From Octopus sinensis (taxonomy: Eukaryota): DNA of 64,000 nucleotides. A program made the position numbers and the translations under genes. Each line of letters opens with the position of its first letter. The stretch's first letter is position 1. The stretch spans positions 19,964,001 through 20,028,000 of the forward strand of contig NC_043007.1 of the NCBI RefSeq assembly GCF_006345805.1, written 5' to 3'. The notes below the pieces were generated by a model. That model did not search any database and had not been told where the DNA came from. It saw only the letters and a program-made list of their open reading frames with translations. This document shows positions 1 to 11,012 of this stretch, in pieces.

Positions 1-57
1 GGAATCATCATTCCTTGCCTTGCGGCACATTTACCATGCTTCTTCCACTCATGCTTC
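1..57 (-). CDS. RNASET2: RNase T2 coding exon 6 (CAS II), truncated by window edge
   Basis: Acceptor tcttttattctag|G AAG CAT GAG TGG AAG AAG CAT GGT AAA TGT = (W)KHEWKKHGKC. The first G completes TG|G of the previous exon. Confidence 0.95.
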
Positions 58-177
58 CTAGAATAAAAGAGAGAAAAAGAGTGAATTCGAAAGACTAAGT
101 CAGTGATTAAAACTTTGTGCTCAAAAACAATCAAATTTCCCTGTAATTCCACCAAACCATCTTAGAAAAGGACATAC

Positions 178-574
178 TCTTTACTCTCTTTTACTTGTTT
201 CAGTCATTTGACTGTGGCCATGCTGGAGCACCGCCTATAGTCGAGCAAATCAACCCCGGGACTTAATCTTTGTAAGCCCAGTACTTATTATATCGGTCTC
301 TTTTGCCGAACCGCTAAGTAACGGGGACGTAAACACACCAGCATCAGTTGTCAAGGGGGACAAACACACACACACACATACATACACACACATATATATA
401 TACATATATACGACAGGCTTCTTTCAGTTTCCGTCTACCAAATCCACTCACAAGGCATTGGCCGGCCCGAGGCTATAGCAGAAGACACTTGCCCAAGGTG
501 CCACGCAGTGGGACTGAACCCGGAACCATGTGGTTGGTTAGCAAGCTACTTACCACAAAGCCACTCCTGCGCCT
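178..574 (-). mobile_element. tRNA-derived CORE-type SINE (family A)
   Basis: Head ggcgcaggagtggctgtgtggtaag (A box), ggttcagtccc (B box), CORE-like ccttgggcaagtg, tail gaaacaagtaaaagagt. Partial copies also near 1052, 12535, 30570, 46275, 52280, 54090, 55495, 55785, 63360, 63740, 63965. Confidence 0.8.
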
Positions 575-577
575 GAA

Positions 578-945
578 GAATTATGTACATTATTTACATT
601 CGATGGATATTTGTCCTCATCTTGTTTGTTGTCAACACAACGTTTCGGCTGATATACCCTCCAGCCTTCATCAGGTGTCTTGGGGAAATTTCGAACCTGG
701 GTTCTAATTCCTAAGGTATTTTTCGATGTTGTTGTTGTTGCTGTTGCTGCTGCTGTTGTTGTTGTTGTTGTCATTATTCAGGTCACTACCTGGAATCAAA
801 CTCGGAATCTTGGGGTCAGTAGCTCGCGCTCTTAACCACTACGACATATGAAGGCTGGAGGGTATATCAGCCGAAACGTTGTGTTAACAACAAGCAAGAT
901 GAGGACAAATATCTGTCAAATGTAAATAATGTAAATAATGTTTAT
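578..945 (-). mobile_element. tRNA-headed element with 3' hammerhead-like motif and an inverted tail copy (PLE-like SINE)
   Basis: Minus strand: A-box-like tagtggttaag, B-box-like gagtttgattcc, (AAC)n linker, gacac-CTGATGA-a-ggctg..cagcc-GAAA-cgtt-gtgtt. An inverted partial tail lies at 851-945. Second copy at 53637-53982. Confidence 0.7.
634..679 (-). ncRNA. Minimal type I hammerhead ribozyme motif
   Basis: Stem I GACAC/GUGUU, core CUGAUGA, extra A, stem II GGCUG/CAGCC, GAAA, palindromic ACGU stem III, H17=U. Folded by eye only. Confidence 0.65.
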
Positions 946-1284
946 TGCTGAATCAGATATAATCAAGCAGACCTTTGATAAATTGTCTTCCAGTCATTAC
1001 TACTCTGTATTTTATTGAGGCATAGTGTAACTTGGACTATTTTCTTCACCATGAGGAGTGGCTGTGTGGCAAAAGAGACCGATAGAATAAGTACTGGGCT
1101 TACAAAGAATAAGTCCCAGGGTCGATTTGCTCGACTAAAGGTGGTGCTCCAGCATGGCCGCAGTCAAATGACTGGAACAAGTAAAAGAGAGATAAAAGAG
1201 AGATCTCTTAAATATAGAGCTAAACAACAGCATCGTCTTAATAACTCTAAACCAACTGGAAATATTTCACCAATCATCATCATC

Positions 1285-1745
1285 ATCGTTTAACATCTGT
1301 TTTCCGCGCTAGCACAGGTTGGACGGTTCGACCGGGGTCTGGGGAGCCAGGGGCTGCTCCAGGCTCCAGTCTGATCTGGCAGTGTTTCTACAGCTGGATG
1401 CCCTTCCTAACGCCAACCACTCCGCAAGTGCAGTGGGTGCTTTTTACGTGCCACCTGCACAGATGCCAGAGGGGTCTGGCATCGGCCACGATTGGTTGGT
1501 GCTTTTTATGTGCCACCGGCACAGAAGCCAGTCGAGGCGGTGCTGGCATCGGCCACATTCGGATGGTGCTATTTATGTGCCACCGGCACAGAAGCCATTC
1601 GAGGCAGGGCTTTCATCGGCTACAATCGGTTGGTGCTTTTTACGTGCCACTGGCACAGAAGCTAGTTGAGGCGGGGCTGGCATCGGCCACGTTCGGATGG
1701 TGCTTTTTATGTGCCACCAGCACAGGTATCACAACTACTGTTTCC
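1285..1745 (-). mobile_element. RTE 3' end with several internal ~66-bp units
   Basis: catcatc tail + ggatgcccttcctaacgccaacc + repeated ggtgctttttatgtgccaccggcac. Confidence 0.8.
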
Positions 1746-1959
1746 ATTGATATTTGGTTCGATGTTCATGTACATGCAATAAGTGTGGAATAATACTGTC
1801 TTGCCTCTGCTGGGATCAATAGCAGAAAGGTGTATAAGAAACAGACTGGACAATGGATAGAATTCAAGAAGAGCCAGACAAGGATGCTGTGCTGATATAA
1901 TTAAACATTGCATGTTAGAATATGCAGTATGGTACTTGGTTATATCTCTGGCTCCCATG

Positions 1960-2210
1960 CCGACAGCACGTAAAAGCACCATCCAAATGTGGTTGATGCC
2001 AGCCCCCTTCTGGCCCCTGTGCCAGTTGCACGTAAAAAGCACCCTCTACGCTCTCGGAGTGGTTGGCGTTAGGAAGGGCATCCAGCTGTAGAAACCCTGC
2101 CAGATCAGATTGGAGCCTGGTGCAGCCTCCGGGCTTCCCAGACCCCAATCAAACCATCCAACCCATACCAGCATGGAAAACGGACGTTAGACAATGATGA
2201 TGATGATGGT
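1960..2210 (+). mobile_element. RTE 3' end
   Basis: ggaagggcatccagctgtagaaa ... gatgatgat tail. Confidence 0.75.
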
Positions 2211-2451
2211 ATATCTTTCTCCTCCACATCATCATCATTGTCATTATTTTCACACCCACTTTTCCATGCTTGCATGGGTCAGATGCAGTTTATTGAAGTA
2301 AATTCTCTACAGCTGGATACTCTTCCTGTTGCCAACCCTTACCTATTTCCAAGTAACATAATATTTCCCCATGGCCACACATGTGATATCACACTCACTC
2401 TCACATACACAGTTGAGTCAAAAGTTTTTGTATTTCAAGCTTTAATTAATA

Positions 2452-2759
2452 CTAGCAATATCGCCCGGCGTTGCTCGGGTTTGTAAGGGAAATAACTATA
2501 TAAGCATTTTTAGAGAGTTACTTCCCTTATATAAACCGAGCAAAAAATGCATTAAAAAAACGAAAAAATGATGGTAAATTTTTTTTAAATCGTAGACTCA
2601 TCGTAGACGAGCGCTAATACCCAGAAGGGCTCGATATGAATCACGACTATAAGATACCCGCTTTTAGTTAAACTGCACTGCAAAATGTGGGAGTAGTTAG
2701 GAATCTAAATCGGAGGAGACAGACTCTCACACACACAACTTCAGTTTTATATATAAAGA
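2452..2759 (-). mobile_element. Non-autonomous Helitron
   Basis: A|TC...CTAG|T termini with a sub-terminal GC-rich hairpin-like segment (caacgccgggcgatattg); homologous to three other copies. Confidence 0.8.
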
Positions 2760-2787
2760 TTTCAAAAAAATTACGCTTGAAAAGCAT

Positions 2788-3720
2788 TTATTCATCAAAT
2801 ATATACCCCATCATATTCTGTTGTCTGTTGCCATGGTTATACCAGAAGCTCAATTCCAAGCTAATACCATTTAGCTGGTTTACAAGCAAAAAGAACCTCC
2901 TGCAACCATTTTCAAGTTCATTCATATTATTAAACCTCCGTCCATGTAGGAAATAAGCCATGGCTTGGAGAAAGTGATAACCCGATGGTGCAAGACCAAG
3001 ACTATAGGCAGAGTGGGTCAACAATTCAAGCCCCTCGGGTTCACAATCGGTCATGTTGGCAATCTGTGTTGAGGCATTGTTATGCTGTAGGAGTACTATT
3101 TCTTTACTAGCCACAAGGGGCTAAACACAGAGAGAACAAACAAGGACAGACAAACGGATTACGTCGATCAGATTGAGCCCAGTGTGTAACTGGTACTTAA
3201 TTTATCGACCCTGAAAGGATGAAAGGCAAAGTCGACCTCGACGGAATTTGAACTCAAAACGTAGTGGCAGACAAAATACCTATTTCTTTTACTACCCACA
3301 AGGGGCTAAACATAGAGAGAACAAACAAGGACAGACAAATGGATTAAGTCGAATAGATCGAGCCCAGTGCATAACTGGTACTTAATTTATCGACCCTGAA
3401 ATGATGAAAGGCAAAGTTGACCTCAGTGGAATTTGAACTCAGAACGTAGCAGCAGACGAAATACCGTTAAGCATTTCACCTGGCATGCTAACGTTTCTGC
3501 CAGCTCACCGCCTTTGCCAGCTTGCCGTCATGCTGTAGGAGTGCACACCTTTGATTGACCGGTGCTGCATAGCAGACTTTTAAAACACTGTTAGTGTTCA
3601 CAGTATAACCATCTGGAACAAACTCAAAATGAAACACCCCCACTTGAAATTCCACCGGGCACAACACAACCGTTTGTTCAAACCACCTTTGTTTCACAAG
3701 TTCTGAAGCTTGACCAGAAT
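2788..3720 (-). pseudogene. Mariner transposase relic split by a SINE dimer
   Basis: GVFHFEFVPDG.TVN (ORF 3488..3697) and LLQHNNA...LLTHSAYSLGLAPSGYH..FLHGRRF (ORF 2788..3114) match mariner HDNA and YSPDLAPxD regions, degraded. Confidence 0.8.
3095..3529 (-). mobile_element. tRNA-derived SINE family B, dimer, 13-bp TSD
   Basis: TSD atgctgtaggagt at 3082-3094 and 3530-3542. Head ggcggtgagctggcagaaacg, B box gagttcaaattcc, body gccgaggtcgactttgcctttcatcctttc (resembles the Meta-type SINE domain). Confidence 0.85.
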
Positions 3721-3839
3721 AACTGGCCTATTTAAGAGTACCCTTCAATCACCGGGCAATGAACTGCGCTTGTGAAGACCTGTTGAGTTAAGTGAAGTCA
3801 TTGTTGTGGTCAATGACAGTATTGCCTGATTGGCACCCG

Positions 3840-4105
3840 AACCGGTGACCACGTAAAAAGCACCATTCGAATGTGGTTGATGCCAGTACTGCCTGACTGG
3901 CCCTCATGCCAGTGGCATGTAAAAAACACCCACTACACTCTCAGAGTGGTTGGCATTAGGAAGGGCATCAAGCTGTAGAAACTTTGCCAGATCAGATTGG
4001 AGCCTGGTGCAACCTTCTGTCTTGCCCATTCTCAGTGAAACCGTCCAACCCATGCCAGCATAGAAAGCGGACGTTAAACGACGACGATGATGATGAAGAT
4101 GATGA
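3840..4105 (+). mobile_element. RTE 3' end
   Basis: Same motifs and (GAT)n tail. Confidence 0.75.
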
Positions 4106-4584
4106 TCAGGAGACAAATACCAATGTTCCCATGAGGCAGGCTTGAAAATTCTAGAGGGATCCATCTTTACATATGGTGTTGAGCACTCAAGTGCACTGTT
4201 CCTTTGCATGTATCTATACACCCACAAGGCCTTGTTTGGCTTGGGGTTATAGTAAAAGACATTTGCCCAAACGGCCCCATGCAGTGTACCCGAATCTTAA
4301 ACCATGTGATTGGGAATGAAACTTCATAATCCCACAGACATGGCTGAACTTATATTATGTATATCTGGAGCTAAATTTACAGTTCACATCTAGATATTCG
4401 ATTATCTATGTGATATACGTCTACTGTATCTGGCCTACAGCTACCCAATAGCTACAACTCAGGTAAAGAAAAATTTGCAACAATTGACATCAGATTACAC
4501 TAACAGTTAGCAACAACATTTTGGCAATGTCACAATCCATTGACTGAATGTTGCTAAATAATGAAAATCACAGACAATGATAGG

Positions 4585-5220
4585 CATTCATCATTATCAT
4601 CATCATTGTTTAACATCTGCTTTCCATGCTGGCATGGGTTGGACGGTTCGACCGGGGTCTGGGAAGCCAGGAGGCTGCACCAGGCTCCAATCTGATCTGG
4701 CAGTGTTTCTACAGCTGGATGCCCTTCCTAATGCCAACCACTCCGAGAGTGTAGTGGGTGCTTTTACATGCCACCAGCAACGGAGCCAGTCAGGTGGCAC
4801 TGGCAACGACCACGCTCAAATGGGGCTTTTTACATACCACTGGCATGGGAGCCAGTCAAGCTGCACTGGCAACGACCATGCTCAAATGGGGCTTTTTACA
4901 TGCCACCAGCAAGGGAGCCAGTCAGGCGGCACTGGCAACGACCATGCTCAAATGGGGCTTTTTACATGCCACCAGCAAGGGAGCCAGTCAGGCGGCACTG
5001 GCAATGACCATGCTCAAATGGGGCTTTTTACATACCACTGGCATGGGAGCCAGTCAGGCTGCACTGGCAACGACCATGCTCAAATGGGGCTTTTTACACA
5101 CCACCGGCATGGGAGCCAGTCAGGTGGCACTGGCAAAGACTATGCTGAAATGGGGCTTTTTACATACCACCAGCATGGGACCCAGTCAGGCAGCACTGGC
5201 AATGACCACACTCGAATGGT
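4585..5220 (-). mobile_element. RTE 3' end with 7 x 66-bp minisatellite (4765-5215)
   Basis: Unit starts at 4765, 4831, 4897, 4963, 5029, 5095, 5161. Explains ORFs 4577..5254 and 4758..5228. Confidence 0.85.
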
Positions 5221-5241
5221 ATCATTAGAACAAAAACTTAC

Positions 5242-5303
5242 CAAAATTCTTTAGATGGTGAGGAGTAACTTGGCCACTTCTCATTCAACTGACTCTCCAT
5301 ACT
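5242..5303 (-). CDS. RNASET2: RNase T2 coding exon 5
   Basis: ttttaatttgcag|AGT ATG ... GAA TTT TG|gtaagt; 62 nt; SMESQLNEKWPSYSSPSKEF(W). Confidence 0.93.
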
Positions 5304-5869
5304 CTGCAAATTAAAAAAAAAATAACATCAAATTTTGACACAAGAAATATCAGAGTATTTATTTTATTGAACCCAATAGGCAAAAAAGCAACATTCAATT
5401 TGGTGGAATTTGATCTCAGAAGGTAGAAACGGACAAAATACCGCTTAACATTTTGCCCAGGATGCTAACGAGTCTACCAAGCTCACTACCAAAGGTGGGC
5501 ACTGTTAATCAGTAAGTTACCTTCGTTAACTGTGAATCAGTTAATTCTTTAAAAATGTAACGTTAGTTATTAATAAACAGTTAACATTAATTTTGATTAT
5601 AGAAAAATAAACAAAAAATCCATTTTTGCTCTAAAAACACCTTTAAAAGTTGCCAAAACTTAAAAAATCCATTAACTTCAATTCAATCGAAGTTAAAGGA
5701 AGTTAACCCAAGTTGACTTGAGTGAATGGAAGTTAAATTTAACAGAAGTTAATTAGTCTGATAATGATTTCCGACGTTAAATTAAAAGTCAGATCAATAA
5801 CGAAAATGTTGACTTTGTTAATTAACGATTAGCAGATTACCAGTTTGGTGCCCAGGTTTACTCACTACC

Positions 5870-5912
<43 letters not shown>

Positions 5913-5919
5913 TGATGAT

Positions 5920-6055
5920 GATGATCATCATCGTCGTTTAACGTCCGTTCTCCATGCTAGCATGGGTTGGACGGTTCGACCGGGGTTCTGGGAAGCCAGA
6001 AGGCTGCACCAGGCTCCAGTCTAATTTGGCAATGTTTCTACAGCTGGATGCCCTG
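5920..6055 (-). mobile_element. RTE 3' end fragment
   Basis: catcatcgtttaacgtccg...ggatgccc. Confidence 0.7.
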
Positions 6056-6223
6056 GTGATGGTAATGGTGATGATGATGATGATGATGATGATTATGATG
6101 ATTATGATGATGATAATGATGATGATGATGATGATGATGGTGATGGTGATGATGGTGATGATGATGATGATGATGATGATGATAATGATTATGATGATGA
6201 TAATGATGGTGATGGTGATGATG

Positions 6224-6255
<32 letters not shown>

Positions 6256-6485
6256 GATGACGACAATAATAATAATAATGATGATGATGATAATAATGAT
6301 GATGATGATGGTGATGGTGATGATGATGATGACGACGACGATGATGATGATGATGATGATTATGATGATGGTGGTGATGATGATGATGATGATAATGATG
6401 ATTATGATGATGATAATGATGATGATGATGATGATGATGGTGATGGTGACGACGATGATGATGATGATGATTATGATGATGATTT
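6055..6485. repeat. About 430-bp degenerate (GAT)n microsatellite
   Basis: Direct reading; produces the poly-Met and poly-Ile ORFs. Confidence 0.97.
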
Positions 6486-6766
6486 CAAATTTTTGCACAA
6501 GGCCAGCAAGCTTGGGGCGGGGTGAAAAAAGAAAAGAATGTGGAGGCAGAAGAATGAAGTAAGTTGAGTAGGTTTTCAGTATCGTGAGAGGAGAGTGAAA
6601 GACAGATACAAGACGGATAGGAATTGGTAAATATGAGTTGGAGGGGGGGGGGGTAATGGGAATGAAGAATGGATGTAGTAGCACAGAGGAGAGGGAGTGA
6701 TGACTGGCAGCATACAAATGGCAATACAGTTAGGGTTACAGTTAGGGTTAGATTTCTAGTAATTAC

Positions 6767-6839
6767 CTTTATTTTATTGAAATCAAAAGGAGCTCCTCTT
6801 GGGCAAAATTGTGGGCTTGAGCCATCTGAATCTGAAGGC
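6767..6839 (-). CDS. RNASET2: RNase T2 coding exon 4
   Basis: tactttattttag|G CCT TCA ... ATA AAG|gtaatt; 73 nt; (W)PSDSDGSSPQFCPRGAPFDFNKIK. Confidence 0.92.
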
Positions 6840-6901
6840 CTAAAATAAAGTAGAATAAAAATTAAAATAATAATTGCATTGATTTATATTTCTTACCATG
6901 T

Positions 6902-7282
6902 ATGGAGGCGCAATGGCCCAGTGGTTAGGGCAGCGGACTCGCGGTCGTAGGATCGCGGTTTCGATTCCCAGACCGGGCGTTGTGAGTGTTTATTGAGCGA
7001 AAACACCTAAAGCTCCACGAGGCTCCAGCAGGGATGGTGGTGATCCCTGCTGTACTCTTTCACCACAACTTTCTCTTACTTCCTGTTTCTGTTGGTCCTG
7101 TATTTCAAAGGGCCGGCCCTGTCACTCTCTGTGTCACGCTGAATATCCCCGAGAACTACGTTAAGGGTACACGTGTCTGTGGAGTGTTCAGCCACTTACA
7201 CATTAATTTCACGAGCAGGCTGTTCCGTTGATTCGGATCAACCGGAACCCTCGTCGTCGTAACCGACGGAGTGCTTCCATCC
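6902..7282 (+). mobile_element. tRNA-derived SINE family C (tail type 1), 14-bp TSD
   Basis: Head ggaggcgcaatggcccagtggttagggcagcggactcgcggtc...ggtttcgattccc. TSD atttcttaccatgt at 6888-6901 and 7283-7296. Confidence 0.85.
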
Positions 7283-7429
7283 ATTTCTTACCATGTTGAA
7301 ATAACTTTAATCATTGATCATCCGTCATTAGAGAGACTTTGAACAATAATTTTATACTGAAGCTGTTAGTTCAGCAGGTTATAGCTCTCCCCTGCTGGAA
7401 GAACCTTAATGCTTAGCTCTATCTACGAC

Positions 7430-7610
7430 GATTTCATCTCAATCGAAGGAGAGGGGCTTTCCCCGTCCGGGTTGCGGATCCGTGGAATAAGCTGCCGGAC
7501 GAGATAGTGAAGATGCCGACGACCGCTCAGTTCAAAGTCTGTCTTGACCAGAAATGGCCTGAACTCTTTGTATGACCCTGTACATAACTCCCTGTCCCCC
7601 TACATGGCCT
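7430..7610 (+). mobile_element. CR1/L2-type ORF2 C-terminal fragment (different family)
   Basis: Translates AFPVRVADPWNKLPDEIVKMPTTAQFKVCLDQKWPELF. Confidence 0.65.
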
Positions 7611-8215
7611 TGCTCTGAGAGTGTAGTGGGTGCTTTTACATGCCACCAGCAAGGGAGCCAGTCAGGCGGCACTAGCAACAAAAAACTGCTACTCAGACTT
7701 TCATGTTCCCATTAACATTATTTAGCATTTAAACCGGCCATATCCGGCCAAAAGTATTCTGCCTGTTTTATGTTCAAACTGGCCAGATCTGGTCTCTCAC
7801 ACCAACCCTACAATATCGTTTTAAAAATTAACAGCTACCTCATCAAAATCTCAAAGCTACGAGATAATGCATGATTAATTCAAAACAATGTGGATGAAAA
7901 AGGATTAACTTTGGCAGAATAATGCGAACACTAAAGGCTTAAACAATGTTAATTAATTAGATGCTAATTTTAATTTAATAACCCAAGCATTCCATAAAAT
8001 TAATGAAAACCTTAGAAATATTAATGGTAATAGTAATCATCCACCCTCAATTAAGAAATCGTTGACAGATTTACTAAAATGATATTTACAAGAATATACA
8101 TGTATAACATATGCTTTACATATACAGTATATAAAGATACCAGTAATTATAAAAATATATAACATACAGGAATAGAAATTGGGAAAATATCTTGTATTGA
8201 TCCCCTCCATTTTCT

Positions 8216-8249
<34 letters not shown>

Positions 8250-8250
<1 letters not shown>

Positions 8251-8480
8251 GTACGACCTGTTCACTGATAAAATTCCTCGCTAGCGAGGAATTTTGTCAG
8301 TGAACAGATATCGGTCTCAAAGCGACAAAAATATTTTGACACCGATTAAATTGAAATGTTGAAGTGAATCTAATGGTTTTGTGTGTTTTTAAATGGCTTA
8401 TAAACACCTTCCACACTGCAATTGCTTGTCTCAGCACATGATTTCAGATCAGGTCACTTGCTATGCAAGTACATCTCCAT
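8250..8480. mobile_element. DNA-transposon-like fragment with internal palindrome
   Basis: 8358-8478 is the reverse complement of about 22932-23060; hairpin ctgttcactgataaaattcctcg/cgaggaattttgtcagtgaacag. Confidence 0.55.
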
Positions 8481-8499
8481 AATGAAGAAAATTACTTAC

Positions 8500-8558
8500 C
8501 ATAAACCATGAATTGTCCAAGTATTCCGAGTTGTAAGTTTACGGAGGCAGTAATCGTT
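8500..8558 (-). CDS. RNASET2: RNase T2 coding exon 3 (CAS I)
   Basis: tctctatttcag|AAC GAT TAC ... GGT TTA TG|gtaagt; 59 nt; NDYCLRKLTTRNTWTIHGL(W). Confidence 0.95.
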
Positions 8559-9309
8559 CTGAAATAGAGAATATACCGATATAGTAGTAGTGGTTGTGAT
8601 GGTGTTGGTGGTGGTTGTGGTTGTAGTGGTGGTGGTTGTGGTTGTGGTTGTAGTGGTGGTGCTGGTGACAGAAGCAGTAATAGTATCAATAGTGGTGGTC
8701 ACTATGAGTATAGGTAGAAGAGCTTTGTCTTTGTAATGGCTGGTTGTTGGTGGTGCAAAGAAAAGAATCATGGAATTTACCAGATTCCGCTTTTTATCTT
8801 ATTGTTTGGAGCAGCAAGACTTCCAGGACGCTTGGTTGATGTGCAAATGAAGTAGTAAAGCAAACTAGATTTGGCAAACAATAGGAAGAGAGGGAACTAT
8901 CCTCCTCCTCCTCCTGCTCCTCGTCATCGTCATCATCGTCATCGTCATCGTCATCGTCGTTGTCATCGCCGTCGTCGTCGTCATTTGAACATACACTTTT
9001 TTATGCTTGCATGGGTCAGATGGAATCTGTTGAAGTGGATATTCTACAGCCAGACGGCTTTCTTGTCATCAACCATCACCTGTTTCCAAGTAAGGTTAAG
9101 AAGATTGGAAACAAAAAGTCACCACTTGCACAATGATGACAACCACTGACAACTTGTCATGCAATACCAAGTCATGGAAACAGTAACATACACACAAACA
9201 CTTATATGCATACAATTACCAATTTTCTCATATGGTATATTTTTAGACAACTGTACAGAATGTCTTTTACATAAAACCATTGGTAGTCTTTTTCATCCAC
9301 AAACAAGGT

Positions 9310-9338
9310 ATATATGTGTATGTATGTGTGTGTATATA

Positions 9339-9380
<42 letters not shown>

Positions 9381-9406
9381 ATATATAATATATATATATA
9401 CATACA

Positions 9407-9447
<41 letters not shown>

Positions 9448-9509
9448 ACATATATATATATACATACATATATATATATATACATACATATATATATACA
9501 TACATATAT

Positions 9510-9541
<32 letters not shown>

Positions 9542-9559
9542 CATACATACATACATACA

Positions 9560-9591
<32 letters not shown>

Positions 9592-9600
9592 ATATACATG
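9310..9600. repeat. (TA)n/(TACA)n microsatellite
   Basis: Direct reading. Confidence 0.95.
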
Positions 9601-9679
9601 CATTTATATATATCATCTTAACATGCACTTTTTTTATGCTTGCATGGGTCAGATGGAATCTGTTGAAGTGGATATCCAT

Positions 9680-10915
9680 AGAAATGTCCCCAGATGTCTA
9701 TGTGAGCATGGAAGACCTCCTCAGTAAAATCAGTACTTGCAACCACTCCAACAACCTCACAGGTAGTATGGATGTGTTTTCACTCTACCCATCTAGACAT
9801 AGATTTCGCTGTGGAGAAATGCATTGAAATAATCTGTGAGAGTGAAGTTGAGTTCCATGAAGTCAACACAAGGGAACTGGGCCTCTTCCTTAGACTAAGC
9901 TACAACAGTGACTATCTAGACGACCATGACCCCTTTAGATTCTGCCCCACCAGATCACAGAGGGGAAGACCACCCACCATCACCTCAGCAGTGAAGAAAA
10001 GCACCACAGAGTGCTAGAGTGGCTGGACTGTACCCACCTAAGACCCTGAGAGCAACAACCAGGTGAAAGGAATGGTTGCACATGCAAGAGGGGCCAGTGT
10101 AACAACTACCTTGAAGAACCGCAGAGTAAAGTTTGACAGGAAACAATACATGCAGAAAGGCAGTGAGCTGGCAAAAACGTTAGCACGCCGGGCGAAATGC
10201 TTAACAGTATTTCGTCTGCCGTTACGTTCTGAGTTCAAATTCCGCCGAGGTCAACTTTGCCTTTCATCCTTTCAGGGTCGATTAAATAAGTACCAGTTAT
10301 GCACTGGGGTCGATATAATTGACTTAATCTATTTGTCTGTCCTTGTTTGTCCCCTCTGTGTTTAGCCCCTTGTGGGTAGTAAAGATATAGGTATAAAATT
10401 GACAAATATCAAGGAGTGATGTTTGTAGAGGCCACAGCGCATGGAGAACTAGCTCGTAGATTTAGGGAAGCCCTGAAGGAGACCAAACTCAACATTAAGA
10501 TTGTTGAAAAGTCAGGGAACTCCGTCAGATCACAACTATGTAGGACGCACCCTGTGAGAATATCATATGCACCAATGATAACTACATGGTTTGTAGGATT
10601 AGCCCTGGCATTAACTGTAGAACTCGAAATGTAGTCTACAGCATAAGATGCATAGAAGGGGCTTGTAAAGACATGAACATGACATACATAGGGGAGACAT
10701 CTAGGAGTATTGCGGAAAGACTAAATAAACATTTGAGACAATATGACGACAAAAAACAGTCCTCTATACTCTACCAACATGCCAAGGTCCAACATGGAGG
10801 GAACCTGGGTCAACTTGACATCCACATTTTACCCAACCACCCAAAGGACCCAACACTCAGACAAATACAGTAGTAAGTTCTCATAAATGAAACTAAATAG
10901 GAAATATACGTAGTA
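9680..10915 (+). pseudogene. Penelope-like element relic: RT fragment and GIY-YIG endonuclease
   Basis: GSMDVFSLYPS (RT motif region, frameshifted) at about 9760-9795; NVVYSIRC...TYIGETSRS...R (GIY-YIG) in ORF 10586..10873. Internal deletion and a SINE inserted at 10160-10392. Confidence 0.8.
10160..10392 (+). mobile_element. SINE family B
   Basis: Monomer inside the PLE relic. Confidence 0.8.
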
Positions 10916-11012
10916 GGTAATCATACCCTCGTACCCACAGTTTATATTTATATACAGGTAGAATAGTTAGTGGGCTGTTGTGTAGATAGATGTGTGTGTC
11001 TGTGTGTGTGTA

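Noticed and set aside
4577-5254. Repetitive 225-aa ORF with 22-aa units
   Set aside because: It is the 66-bp minisatellite in an antisense RTE 3' UTR; no splice or domain support.
5938-6717. Long poly-Ile / poly-Met ORFs (259 and 202 aa)
   Set aside because: Translations of a (GAT)n microsatellite in an RNase T2 intron.
6728-6752. TTAGGG hexamers as an interstitial telomere
   Set aside because: Only two or three interrupted units; too short to support.
6902-6975. tRNA genes at SINE heads (families A, B, C)
   Set aside because: A/B boxes are present but the heads continue into SINE bodies with TSDs and lack complete cloverleaf acceptor stems.
8781-8855. Possible extra RNase T2 exon (AG...GTAAAT)
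   Set aside because: The flanking exons already join in frame with normal T2 spacing; no T2-like residues; incompatible phases.
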